NCBI GenBank assembly: GCA_028282585.1
Contig: JANQHR010000115.1
Span: 1 to 33,884, forward strand
DNA from: Bacteroidales bacterium
GTDB lineage: Bacteria > Bacteroidota > Bacteroidia > Bacteroidales > UBA12077
DNA: 33,884 bases
Direction: 5' to 3'
The notes beneath the pieces were generated by a model. That model did not search any database. It was not told where the DNA came from and saw only the letters and a program-made list of their open reading frames with translations. Shown here one piece after another: positions 1 through 9,709 of the stretch. The first letter of the stretch is position 1. Each line of letters opens with the position of its first letter. Both the position numbers and the translations under genes were made by a program.

Positions 1-99
1 TTTTTTTATCAAAAAGACAATAACCAAAACTTATTTGAAACCAAAAATAAAAAAGCGGCATAAAAAAGAGACTGCCTTTTTGGACAGCCTCTTTTAATT
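1..99. repeat. Left copy of a 99-bp exact inverted repeat shared with the right end of the window; possibly the terminus of a multicopy element (IS1182-like end)
   Basis: Bases 1-99 are the exact reverse complement of 33786-33884, and identity stops at base 100. The copy ends in CTTTTTGGACAGCCTCTTTT, resembling IS1182-family ends as I recall them. No transposase in the window. Confidence 0.9.
62..95 (-). terminator. Imperfect hairpin with A/T tails, probable terminator of the ABC permease gene
   Basis: AAAAAAGAGACTGCC-TTTTT-GGACAGCCTCTTTT lies just downstream of the stop at 109. Confidence 0.55.
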
Positions 100-108
100 G
101 ATCATCTT

Positions 109-2487
109 CTATTCGTACCGCAGACATTCTACCGGGTTTGTTTTTGCGGCACGAACCACAACGACGCTAACTGTTAACAAGGCAACTATTAATATTATTA
201 TAAACGCAATTATAAATACACTTAAATCTACTGGAGTTTGATAAGCAAAGTTTTGCAGCCATTTTTTTGCAGCAAAATAAGCAATCGGACAGGCTATTAA
301 TGATGCAATTCCAATCCATTTCAAAATTCCTTTGTTAAGAAGTACTAAAATATCCAGCACTGATGCACCATTTGTTTTTCGAATTCCAATTTCCTTTTTA
401 CGCCGTTCACTTGTAAATGAAATCATTCCAAACAAACCTAAACAAGCTATAATTATCGAAAACAGTGCTGAAAATTTAATTACTAACCCAAACTTTTCCT
501 CTGTTTTATATAATTCATCATATTTATCTTCTAGAAAATGATATTGAAATGGTACATCCGGCACCATTTCATTCCATACTTTTTCAATGTGATCAATTGC
601 TTTTTTCTTATTAATTTCGTTTAGTTTAATAACAACCCTGTGCAGCATAACCGGATAGTTTACAATTACACTTGGTGTTATTTTTTCGTGAAATGATTTG
701 TTGTGAATATCTTTGTAAACACCAATTATATGCTGTTTTTCTCCAAGTAATGACATTGGGTAACCAATAATATTATCAATTCCAAATTCTTTTACTGTTG
801 TTTCATTTACTATCATTGCTCCAATATCGCTTGCTTTGTTCCATTCATAATTTCTTCCTTTTATAATTTCAAGTCCCATAGTCTTAACAAAATCCGGATC
901 AGCAACAATGGCCTGGTAATTCACTCTAACTCCATTAATTATTTCGTGATCACTTATATGAAAAGCTTCACCAAATTCGCTACCCGTACGTGATACATTT
1001 TGAATTTCCGGATTTTGAAGGATTTTTTCCTTAAATAGATCGTATTTATTATTTATGCTTTCATTATTTGACCGGAAATAAATTATATTGGTATTATCGA
1101 AACCTATATCTTTTGTTTTCATATAGTTTATTTGTTTCGAAATAAGAAGTACACCAATCAATAAAATAAGAGATATGGTCATTTGAACTACTGTCAATAT
1201 TTGTTTGAAAGTATTTCCCTTTTTACCTGTTGTTAGCTCGTTTTTAAGAGTTTTTACGGGATTGTACTTTGATAATATTATGGCAGGATAAAATCCTGCG
1301 AGGATTCCTATTATAATTGCTCCAACCAAAAAGATCAGTAAAATCTGTGGTTTCTCGATATAACCAATAGATAATTCTTTTCCAACCATTCTATTGAATA
1401 TTGGTTTTATTATCTCAGTTATAATAATCGAGATAGTTACAGATATTAAAGTTATTACTATTGCTTCACCAATAAACTGTCGGATTAAATTTCTTCTTGA
1501 AGAACCTGCTACTTTTCTTAATCCTATTTCTTTACTTCGTAAAGATGATTTTGCTAAAGAGAGATTAACAAAATTGATTATAGCAATTATAATAATGAAA
1601 AGTCCTATTAAAACTATAAGGTAGAGAAACTGAAGTTTATTATTATTGTAAAATTGAATTTCTTTTAACGGAATTAACTTCAAAGTAATTTCATTTGCGT
1701 CTTCACTTTTTGGATCAACATTGTATTTTTCACAAGCAAATTTAAAATAATCAGCATGAGCCTTTTTTACAAAATCTTCTAAATGTACATTCTCCTGAAA
1801 AGTAAAGAATGTTTGATAACCCCAATTATAGTGATCCTGATCAACTTCTATTCCCGCAGTTTGTATATCATTAAGGGTACTAAATGATGCAATGGCTGGA
1901 TATTTAATTGATGAGTTATTGGGAGCATCTTCAATTACCGCGGTAATCGTAAAATTATCTTTTACCTTACCTTCCCCGCTAATAAACTCAATGGTTTTGT
2001 TAAGCACATCGGTATTACCAAAAAGTTTAATAGCCGTTGACTCTGTCAAAACAAGAGAATATGGAGCTTCTATAGCTTCTGATAAGTCCCCGACAATGGA
2101 TTTAACAGTAAACATATTGAAAAAATCAGGATCAGCGTATATGATATCTTTAAACTGGATAAGTCCTTCGGAGTTTGAATGTTTTAAGTAAGCATTTTGT
2201 CCTCCTCCATAGAATTTATCAATACGAACCATATAATCAATTTCAGGGAATTTTTGCTTCATTACATATCCCCGATGGGCGGTTACCTCCAGTTCACCAA
2301 AGACACTTAGCTGGTAAATTTTATCATAGTTTTCATGGTATTTATCATAATTTAAATCACTTGCTATATAAATCATTATAAGTGTAAATACGGATATTCC
2401 TATTGCCAGCCCTCCAATGTTGATAATTGAATGAAGCTTATACCTGATTATGCTTCTGAAGGCTATTTTTATAATATTTCGCATCAT
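109..2487 (-). CDS. MacB/FtsX-family ABC transporter permease (duplicated MacB_PCD + FtsX domains)
   Basis: 792 aa; N-terminal 'SIINIGGLAIG'; two 'R.KEIG.RK..GA/SS' motifs; C-terminal 'NPVECLRYE', typical of Bacteroidota permeases. Confidence 0.93.
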   Translation of the reverse strand: MMRNIIKIAFRSIIRYKLHSIINIGGLAIGISVFTLIMIYIASDLNYDKYHENYDKIYQLSVFGELEVTAHRGYVMKQKFPEIDYMVRIDKFYGGGQNAYLKHSNSEGLIQFKDIIYADPDFFNMFTVKSIVGDLSEAIEAPYSLVLTESTAIKLFGNTDVLNKTIEFISGEGKVKDNFTITAVIEDAPNNSSIKYPAIASFSTLNDIQTAGIEVDQDHYNWGYQTFFTFQENVHLEDFVKKAHADYFKFACEKYNVDPKSEDANEITLKLIPLKEIQFYNNNKLQFLYLIVLIGLFIIIIAIINFVNLSLAKSSLRSKEIGLRKVAGSSRRNLIRQFIGEAIVITLISVTISIIITEIIKPIFNRMVGKELSIGYIEKPQILLIFLVGAIIIGILAGFYPAIILSKYNPVKTLKNELTTGKKGNTFKQILTVVQMTISLILLIGVLLISKQINYMKTKDIGFDNTNIIYFRSNNESINNKYDLFKEKILQNPEIQNVSRTGSEFGEAFHISDHEIINGVRVNYQAIVADPDFVKTMGLEIIKGRNYEWNKASDIGAMIVNETTVKEFGIDNIIGYPMSLLGEKQHIIGVYKDIHNKSFHEKITPSVIVNYPVMLHRVVIKLNEINKKKAIDHIEKVWNEMVPDVPFQYHFLEDKYDELYKTEEKFGLVIKFSALFSIIIACLGLFGMISFTSERRKKEIGIRKTNGASVLDILVLLNKGILKWIGIASLIACPIAYFAAKKWLQNFAYQTPVDLSVFIIAFIIILIVALLTVSVVVVRAAKTNPVECLRYE

Positions 2488-2513
2488 AATATTTTAAACC
2501 TAGATTTATTTAA

Positions 2514-2530
2514 GCCAACAAATATGCCAT
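2514..2530 (-). promoter_or_regulatory. Putative sigma54 (-24/-12) promoter of the ABC permease
   Basis: Minus strand reads TGGCAT-ATTTG-TTGG versus consensus TGGCAC-N5-TTGC, about 27 nt upstream of the ATG and divergent from a sigma54 activator gene. Confidence 0.6.
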
Positions 2531-2593
2531 TACAACTATATTCTTGCCTATAAGGCAATTACATATATTTTTAGGTCAAATCAACACATCCTT

Positions 2594-2632
2594 AGTCTAA
2601 ATTTTAGACATTAACTGTCTAAAATTTAGTCA
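2594..2632. promoter_or_regulatory. Tandem palindromic enhancer (UAS) for the NtrC-family regulator
   Basis: GTCTAAA-T-TTTAGAC (2595-2609) and GTCTAAA-A-TTTAGTC (2617-2631), 22-bp period, upstream of the sigma54-like promoter. Confidence 0.65.
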
Positions 2633-2704
2633 ATAAATAATAAAATACATAAATTTATAAATCAAAAAGAAAAATAGTCAATTGAATAAAATTTAGTAAC
2701 AATT

Positions 2705-4078
2705 ATGTCAGTAAAAAAAGGAAAGCTTTTAATTGTTGACGATAATAAAAATGTTTTAACCGCTCTTTACCGATTGCTGGAACTCGAGTTTGATAAAGTT
2801 GATACAGCCAGTAATCCTAACCTGATTCATAGTTTGGTTGGTATAAACGAATACGACGTTATCTTACTGGATATGAACTTTTCAGCTGGTATTCATTCCG
2901 GTAATGAAGGGATTTACTGGATGAAAGAAATTCTAAAAATCGATCCTAGCGCTATTATCATTCCAATAACTGCTTATGGAGATATTAACGTAGCCATTAA
3001 AGCTATAAAAGAGGGTGCTGTTGACTTTATTGTTAAACCCTGGGATAACGACAAATTATTAGCTACTTTAAACTCAGCATACAACTTAAGACAATCAAAA
3101 CTTGAGGTTGAATCATTAAAAGATAAGAAAAAATCTCTCGAAGAAAGGATTGATAAAAATTATATCCATATCATCGGATCGTCACCAGCCATGAAAGAAG
3201 TGCACGATACTATTAAAAAAGTAGCGCAAACCGAGGCTAATGTTCTTTTACTAGGAGAAAATGGTACCGGAAAAGAATTGGTTGCACGCGAAATACACAG
3301 ACAATCAAAAAGAAATCAGGAAATTCTGATTAGTGTAGATATGGGATCTTTAAGTGAATCTTTATTCGAAAGTGAAATGTTTGGTTACGTGAAGGGTGCT
3401 TTTACTGATGCTAAAGAAACGCGTAAGGGCCGATTTGAAATTGCTACTAATGGAACCTTATTTCTTGACGAAATTGGAAATCTCTCATTGTCAATGCAGG
3501 CCAAATTGCTTACTGCTTTACAAAACCGTTCATTCACCCAGGTAGGTGCAAATACTCCTAAAAAATTTGACACAAGATTAATTTGTGCAACGAATAAAAA
3601 TTTAAAGGAAATGATTACGGAAAGGCTTTTCAGAGAAGATTTATATTTCCGAATAAATACAATTGAAATTACAATTCCTCCACTAAGAGATCGTGGTGAT
3701 GATATTCTTGAATTGGCAGATTTGTTTCTTTCCAGGTTTAAATCCAAATATGCAAAAGAATCACTAAAGTTTAAAAAAGATACTTTTAAGGTTTTAAAGG
3801 ATTACTATTGGCCTGGTAATGTAAGAGAGTTGCAACACACCATAGAAAAGGCTGTAATTATGTCCAATTCGAGCATTTTAAAACCTGAGGATTTATATTT
3901 ACCAAAATATGGTATTCAGAAATCAAATGAAGATAAACCTATGACTTTTGATGAAATAGAAAAACAAGGAATTATTCGTGCGCTTGAAAGAAACAAAGGT
4001 AATATCTACAAAACTGCTAAAGAACTAAACCTGGCAAGGCAAACTTTATATAATAAAATCAAGAAACATAACCTTTAA
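2705..4078 (+). CDS. Sigma54-dependent response regulator (NtrC/AtoC family: REC + AAA+ + Fis HTH)
   Basis: REC domain (VDD, LLDMNF, KPW); Walker A GENGTGKE; GAFTDA; Walker B LFLDE; WPGNVREL; C-terminal HTH (ARQTLYNK). Confidence 0.95.
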   Translation: MSVKKGKLLIVDDNKNVLTALYRLLELEFDKVDTASNPNLIHSLVGINEYDVILLDMNFSAGIHSGNEGIYWMKEILKIDPSAIIIPITAYGDINVAIKAIKEGAVDFIVKPWDNDKLLATLNSAYNLRQSKLEVESLKDKKKSLEERIDKNYIHIIGSSPAMKEVHDTIKKVAQTEANVLLLGENGTGKELVAREIHRQSKRNQEILISVDMGSLSESLFESEMFGYVKGAFTDAKETRKGRFEIATNGTLFLDEIGNLSLSMQAKLLTALQNRSFTQVGANTPKKFDTRLICATNKNLKEMITERLFREDLYFRINTIEITIPPLRDRGDDILELADLFLSRFKSKYAKESLKFKKDTFKVLKDYYWPGNVRELQHTIEKAVIMSNSSILKPEDLYLPKYGIQKSNEDKPMTFDEIEKQGIIRALERNKGNIYKTAKELNLARQTLYNKIKKHNL

Positions 4079-4087
4079 ATAAAACCA

Positions 4088-5425
4088 ATGTATAGCAAAA
4101 ATCTTTTTTCGGTAATACTTATCAGAATTATTCTCATAACAATTAGCTCATTTGCTTTTATTGCAGTTATACCACATTTAAACAAAGAATATTATTTTAG
4201 TTTGGTCGGTATTGGTATATTAATAATTTTTCAGGTGCACTTGCTCGCAAATTACTTAAATAAGACAAATAAATTATTAGCACACTTTTTTAAAACTATT
4301 CGATACGAAGAGCCTAATTTGGTATATACCTATAAGCATAACAACAAAATACTTGACTCGCTAAATAATTCTTTGGATGAAATTAATGACTCAATAAGTT
4401 CTATGCGAAGTGAAAATGCTAAACAAAATCTATTTTTAAATAATCTGGTAGAACATGTTGGTATAGGATTAATTTCATTTAATGGCAAAGGAGAAATTGA
4501 CATTCTGAATAATGCCACAAAGGAATTACTGCGGATAAATCAATTAAAAAATCTTGAAGATTTAAAAGCAAAACTTCCGGAAGTATATGATTGTATTTAT
4601 TCTTTATATCCTGATAACCAAAAGCTTGTTAAAATAATTTTAAATAAGTCTGTTTTATATTTATCCTTTAAACTCAGTATAATAAAATCAGAAAATGAAA
4701 CTATAAATCTAATATCCATTCAAAATATTAAAGCAGAACTTGAACAAAAAGAATTAGACTCCTGGCAAAAGCTTATCCGAGTGCTTACCCATGAAATATC
4801 CAATTCTATTAGTCCTATAGCATCACTTGCCAATACAACTAAAAAATATTTTGAAAAAAATGAATCAAAAGATTCTTTCTTTGAGAAAACAATAAATAAC
4901 CTTGATACAATAGAGAATACCGGAAAAGGACTAATAAATTTTGTTGAACAATATAAAACTCTCACGGCTTTACCTCTTCCTAAGTTTGAAAAATTCCCGA
5001 TCTGTAATTTATTCAACAAATTAAAAATCTTGTTTTTAGAAAATCCTAATTCATCTAAAGTTAAGATGACCTTTATTCAAACTCCTGACGATCTTGAAAT
5101 TACAGCCGACTTTAATTTGCTGGAAAAGGTATTCATTAATCTGCTTAATAATTCTTTTCATGCTTTAGAAAAAACTTCTAATGCAGAAGTAACTATAAAT
5201 GCCTTTAAGAATGATGAAAACGAATTGATTCTTTCAGTAAAAGACAATGGCAAAGGAATTCCACATGAAATTATTGATGATATTTTTATTCCATTTTATT
5301 CAACAAAAGACAAAGGATCTGGCATTGGATTAAGTATATCTAAACAGATATTACAATTACATAAGGCAAGTATAACTGTTAATTCCATTCCTAATCGGGA
5401 AACAGAATTTAACATTATTTTTTAA
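4088..5425 (+). CDS. Membrane sensor histidine kinase (NtrY-like, PAS-like region)
   Basis: Two N-terminal TM helices; H-box LTHEISNS; N-box INLLNNS; DNGKGI; FIPFYSTK; GSGIGL; 9 nt downstream of the regulator. Confidence 0.93.
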   Translation: MYSKNLFSVILIRIILITISSFAFIAVIPHLNKEYYFSLVGIGILIIFQVHLLANYLNKTNKLLAHFFKTIRYEEPNLVYTYKHNNKILDSLNNSLDEINDSISSMRSENAKQNLFLNNLVEHVGIGLISFNGKGEIDILNNATKELLRINQLKNLEDLKAKLPEVYDCIYSLYPDNQKLVKIILNKSVLYLSFKLSIIKSENETINLISIQNIKAELEQKELDSWQKLIRVLTHEISNSISPIASLANTTKKYFEKNESKDSFFEKTINNLDTIENTGKGLINFVEQYKTLTALPLPKFEKFPICNLFNKLKILFLENPNSSKVKMTFIQTPDDLEITADFNLLEKVFINLLNNSFHALEKTSNAEVTINAFKNDENELILSVKDNGKGIPHEIIDDIFIPFYSTKDKGSGIGLSISKQILQLHKASITVNSIPNRETEFNIIF

Positions 5426-5502
5426 CATCCTTGAATCATAGATCAAAATAGAATAAGTGAGCTTTTTTTATTAACTTTCTTTTTTATTCAAACCGAACAA
5501 AA

Positions 5503-6231
5503 ATGGAAGTACTTGGAATAGATGTTGGTGGTTCCGGAATTAAAGGAACTATAGTTAATACTAAAACAGGAGATTTTATTTCAGAAAGGCATCGAGTCGA
5601 AACCCCACAACCTGCTACTCCTGAAATCATTGCCGAAACCATTCATTTAATCGTTAAACATTTTAACTGGAAAGGCAAAGTCGGATGTGGATTTCCTTCA
5701 GTAATTCAGAACGGTGTAATTAGAACCGCTGCAAACATTGACAAATCATGTATTGGTGTAAATGCCAATGAATTATTTAGTAAGATAACCGGTTGCTCAA
5801 TAAAAGTTTATAATGATGCAGATGCTGCCGGTTTCGCCGAGTTAAAATTTGGTAAAGTGAAAAATTTTAAAGGATTAGCTCTTTTCCTAACGATTGGAAC
5901 AGGTATTGGTTCTGCATTATTTTATGAGGGCAAATTAATACCAAATACCGAATTTGGACACATTTATATGAACAATAAGTTGGAAGCCGAACATTTTACT
6001 TCGGATGCCATTCGTAAAAAAGAAGACTTAAACTGGAAAGTCTGGGGAAAACGATTTAATCAATTTTTGGAATATTTAGAAACTTTATTGTATCCTGAGT
6101 TGATCATTTTAGGAGGAGGAGCAAGTAAAAAATTTGAGAAATTCTCGCCCGAAATAACAATTAAAACTCCTATTGAACCTGCACAACTATTAAATAACGC
6201 TGGAATTATCGGTGCTGCATTGTTAGCTTAA
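5503..6231 (+). CDS. ppgK: Polyphosphate glucokinase (ROK family)
   Basis: [35 protein letters not shown] and NNAGIIGAA motifs. Confidence 0.88.
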   Translation: MEVLGIDVGGSGIKGTIVNTKTGDFISERHRVETPQPATPEIIAETIHLIVKHFNWKGKVGCGFPSVIQNGVIRTAANIDKSCIGVNANELFSKITGCSIKVYNDADAAGFAELKFGKVKNFKGLALFLTIGTGIGSALFYEGKLIPNTEFGHIYMNNKLEAEHFTSDAIRKKEDLNWKVWGKRFNQFLEYLETLLYPELIILGGGASKKFEKFSPEITIKTPIEPAQLLNNAGIIGAALLA

Positions 6232-6244
6232 ATTTTTGCCTTAA

Positions 6245-7066
6245 TTATCGGTTAAATGCTCCTAAAAGATAAGCCTCAAAACTAACATTAAAGTCTGCCG
6301 GACTTTCATAAAAAAATATTTGCCCGGTATCTCGTATAATTTGAATAAGATTTCGCCAAATTGACGGAATTTCAATTGAATTTAAATAATCAAAATTAAA
6401 TAAATGATCAAATTCTCCGTAATATACAGCAACAGGAACATCAATTTCTTTAACAATATTCAGTTGATCTTTGTAATTACTTTTCCGAACTGAATTAAAA
6501 AGTACTTCTCTCGTTTTATGATCTGCCTTACGAATAATTTCCGGAATAAAATCAGGATACTTTGTGTCTTCTTCAACAAAGTAGCTTGCAATTTGATGAA
6601 CCTCACTGTCATCAATTCCTGGTTTAGATAGTAAATCAATGTTAACTCCTTCGTTAAAAACATTATCATTTAAAGGATTTGAGAAGGGTGTTGCCCCCAA
6701 TAAAACAAGACCCTTGGGGTTTTTAAATTTTTCATATGCTTCTAAAATGATATTTGCTCCAAGATTATGGCCAACATATACGGCATCTTTTAACTTGAGT
6801 TCTTGATTGAATTCAACCAAAAAGTCACTTAATCCTTTAAGAGTGTAATCTTCTTCCGGGTTATCCGAAAATTCAGAATTTCCATGACCCAGTAAATCTA
6901 AAGCAATAAACCTAAATTGATAAGACAATACCGAATCGATCAATTGTCTGATAAATATGGAGGAAGAAGAAGACATTCCATGAACCAAAACAACAGGATA
7001 ACCATTGTCTTTGGTTTCATAGTAAGATATTTCCTTACCTTTGACTTCGATTTTTTTCTGTCTCAT
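6245..7066 (-). CDS. Alpha/beta hydrolase-fold protein, apparently lacking catalytic Ser and His
   Basis: VVLVHG, ALDLLGHGNS and GEFD motifs; the nucleophile elbow reads GHNLG and the His loop reads DTGQ. Confidence 0.8.
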   Translation of the reverse strand: MRQKKIEVKGKEISYYETKDNGYPVVLVHGMSSSSSIFIRQLIDSVLSYQFRFIALDLLGHGNSEFSDNPEEDYTLKGLSDFLVEFNQELKLKDAVYVGHNLGANIILEAYEKFKNPKGLVLLGATPFSNPLNDNVFNEGVNIDLLSKPGIDDSEVHQIASYFVEEDTKYPDFIPEIIRKADHKTREVLFNSVRKSNYKDQLNIVKEIDVPVAVYYGEFDHLFNFDYLNSIEIPSIWRNLIQIIRDTGQIFFYESPADFNVSFEAYLLGAFNR

Positions 7067-7222
7067 CTTGCGCGATTTTTAGTTTATATAAATGTATAAA
7101 ATCTATGAATGTCAGTCAAATGATAGGGAATTTAATTAATGATTAATCTTATGAATGATTTAAATGATAGATATTAATTTAAGATTATTCTTACATTTAC
7201 TCTATACCGAACTCTTATAAGA

Positions 7223-9142
7223 ATGAAAAAAACACAATTATTCTTACTTGTTTTATTTTCATTTAGTTTAACTGCCCAGGAACATCCCGAATTATACAAA
7301 GGCTTAAGGGATCGCGGGTTTAAAAGTGATATCAATATTTACTATGATCCCTTAATGGATCATTATGATATTCATTTTGTTAAATTAGATCTCGAAGTTT
7401 CTGATCAATCAACATTTATATCCGGAAATGCTACTGTTCATGCGTTAGTTGTTGATTCATTGGAAGAGCTGATTTTAGATTTCAGTAACTTTATGGTCGT
7501 AGATTCAATATTTATAAATAATATAAAAGTTACAGCTTCACATATAAACAATGCCATAAGACACAATTTCGAAACGCCTTTAAATGAAAATGAAAAATTT
7601 GCTGTTCAAGTCTTTTATCATGGAACGCCATACTTATACGGAGGAGGCGTAACAAATAATTATGACTCACAATACAATAAAAATGTTACATGGACCTTAT
7701 CAGAAGCATTTCATGCTATGGAATGGTGGCCATGCAAACAAGTTCTTTCGGATAAGATTGATTCAACCTATATTTTCCTTACATGTGATATAGATTGTAT
7801 GGCTGGTTCTAATGGCTTATTGGAAAATATTGTCGATTTACCGGATAATAAAAGGCGCTTTGAATGGAAAACAAGGTATCCAATGAATTATTACTTATTA
7901 TCATATGCAGTGGCTGAATATCAGGATTATTCAATTTATGCTAAACCTAAAAGATCTGATTCGTTACTGATTCAGAATTTTATTTATAATGATCCAAACT
8001 ATTTATCTAATAATAAAGCCGATATAAACGAAACAATTGATTTACTTGAACTTTTCAGTGAAAAATTTGGATTATATCCTTTTGCAAATGAAAAATATGG
8101 ACATTGCTTAACTACTTTAGGTGGAGGTATGGAACATCAAACTATGTCGACTATGGGTAATTTTAGTTTTGGTTTAGTAGCACATGAGTTAGGACATATG
8201 TGGTTTGGAAACTATGTTACTTGCGCCACCTGGCAGGATATATGGATAAATGAAGGTTTCGCTTCATATACTGAATATGTAGCTCTTGAAAATTTAAAAT
8301 CTTATAATGAAGCGCAAAACTGGATGCAGATTGCACATAATTATGCTTTAAATGAAGCTGAAGGAAGCGTTTACATCCCATTTGAGGAAGCTTTTAATGA
8401 AAATCGAATTTTTAATTATTCCCTTTCATATAAAAAGGGTGCTGCACTTGTTCATATGCTTAGAAACGAAATAAACAATGATGATCTGTTTTTTGCTTCT
8501 TTGCAAAATTATTTATCTGAATATTCTAATAGCGTAGCTACTGGAGAAGATTTTAAGAATTCTATAGAAACGTTTACGAATTTGGAATTTGATCCATTTT
8601 TTGACCAATGGTACTATGGAAAAGGGTATCCTCGATTTGATATTAATTATATTCAATATAATGATACTTTACACATGACTGTTACAGAAACCGGCTCATC
8701 CTCTGAAACACAACTATTTCAAGTTCATGTTGAATATAAACTTGTTTATAACAGAGGAGATACAATAGTTCGTTTATATCAATCAAACAATATAGAAACT
8801 TTTAAAATACCTGTTAGTAAAGAAATAACCAACATCATTATTGATCCAAATAATTGGATTATAAACAAACAAGGAAGTATTCAATCTCAAGATAACCATG
8901 CTTTTTTATTTAATTTTAAACCAAACCCTGCAATTGAAAATATCGATATTAATTTTAATCTCAAGCTTTTTAATAAATCAAAGCAGGTTCAGATTTTCGA
9001 TTTAAGCGGAAGATTAATCAAAACTTATAAATTCACCGAAAGTATTTTCCCTGTTGATATAAGTTCTCTTTCGAAAGGAATTTATTTGCTTAAAGGTTCT
9101 TCTGGAGACATGACTTACACTTACAAGTTGATAAAACAATAA
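7223..9142 (+). CDS. M1-family zinc aminopeptidase with T9SS type A C-terminal sorting domain
   Basis: Signal peptide; GGMEH; HELGH..(18)..E (NEGFASY); YKKGA; C-terminal PNPA..IFDLSGR..LSKGIYLL..KLIKQ. Confidence 0.92.
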   Translation: MKKTQLFLLVLFSFSLTAQEHPELYKGLRDRGFKSDINIYYDPLMDHYDIHFVKLDLEVSDQSTFISGNATVHALVVDSLEELILDFSNFMVVDSIFINNIKVTASHINNAIRHNFETPLNENEKFAVQVFYHGTPYLYGGGVTNNYDSQYNKNVTWTLSEAFHAMEWWPCKQVLSDKIDSTYIFLTCDIDCMAGSNGLLENIVDLPDNKRRFEWKTRYPMNYYLLSYAVAEYQDYSIYAKPKRSDSLLIQNFIYNDPNYLSNNKADINETIDLLELFSEKFGLYPFANEKYGHCLTTLGGGMEHQTMSTMGNFSFGLVAHELGHMWFGNYVTCATWQDIWINEGFASYTEYVALENLKSYNEAQNWMQIAHNYALNEAEGSVYIPFEEAFNENRIFNYSLSYKKGAALVHMLRNEINNDDLFFASLQNYLSEYSNSVATGEDFKNSIETFTNLEFDPFFDQWYYGKGYPRFDINYIQYNDTLHMTVTETGSSSETQLFQVHVEYKLVYNRGDTIVRLYQSNNIETFKIPVSKEITNIIIDPNNWIINKQGSIQSQDNHAFLFNFKPNPAIENIDINFNLKLFNKSKQVQIFDLSGRLIKTYKFTESIFPVDISSLSKGIYLLKGSSGDMTYTYKLIKQ

Positions 9143-9276
9143 AAATGTTTTAACTTGAAATTGAATTAATAAAACGCAAGAAATAATAACTAATTATTCT
9201 TAAAAACGTATAATTAGCAGGTCCTTGTCCTTAAAAACTAACCTAGATAATTCTTAATAAAAAAGGAGGTGTTATT

Positions 9277-9675
9277 ATGAAACAAAACTTTATATGTCCC
9301 CGATGCAAAGGATTTCTGGACGTTGCAGATTATATTATCTTATCTGCACAAAATAAAAGTGGAAATTCCGGTTTAATTTTATTTAGTCCAGAATTAGGAA
9401 ACTATACAACTCAAAGAAATTCAAATTTTATCATTAAGGAGGGAGAAAAGTATGAGTTCTTCTGTCCTTTATGTAAAGAAAAATTAGCTGCAGATATTCA
9501 TGATAACCTATCTCATGTAATTATGATTGATGATGATAAAAAGGAATATCAGATTTTGTTCAGTAAAATTGCGGGTGAAAAAAGTACTTACAAAATTGTA
9601 GGTGAATCTACCGAACTTTATGGTGATCACCATTCTAATTATATTGATTTTGTAAATTTAAGCCAAACTAAGTAA
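9277..9675 (+). CDS. Hypothetical protein with two CxxC motifs (putative zinc ribbon)
   Basis: 132 aa with CPRC and CPLC; AGGAGGT upstream; terminator immediately downstream. Confidence 0.7.
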   Translation: MKQNFICPRCKGFLDVADYIILSAQNKSGNSGLILFSPELGNYTTQRNSNFIIKEGEKYEFFCPLCKEKLAADIHDNLSHVIMIDDDKKEYQILFSKIAGEKSTYKIVGESTELYGDHHSNYIDFVNLSQTK

Positions 9676-9676
9676 C

Positions 9677-9706
9677 AGAAAAGAGAGGTTTCAACCTCTC
9701 TTTTCT
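9677..9706. terminator. Bidirectional intrinsic terminator
   Basis: AGAAAAGAGAGGTT-TC-AACCTCTCTTTTCT, a perfect inverted repeat between convergent genes. Confidence 0.85.
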
Positions 9707-9709
9707 TAG

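Noticed and set aside
7223-9142. M1 aminopeptidase or M16 protein as the RiPP leader protease
   Set aside because: Separate transcription units several kb from the cluster, common in Bacteroidota, and the M16 lacks catalytic residues.
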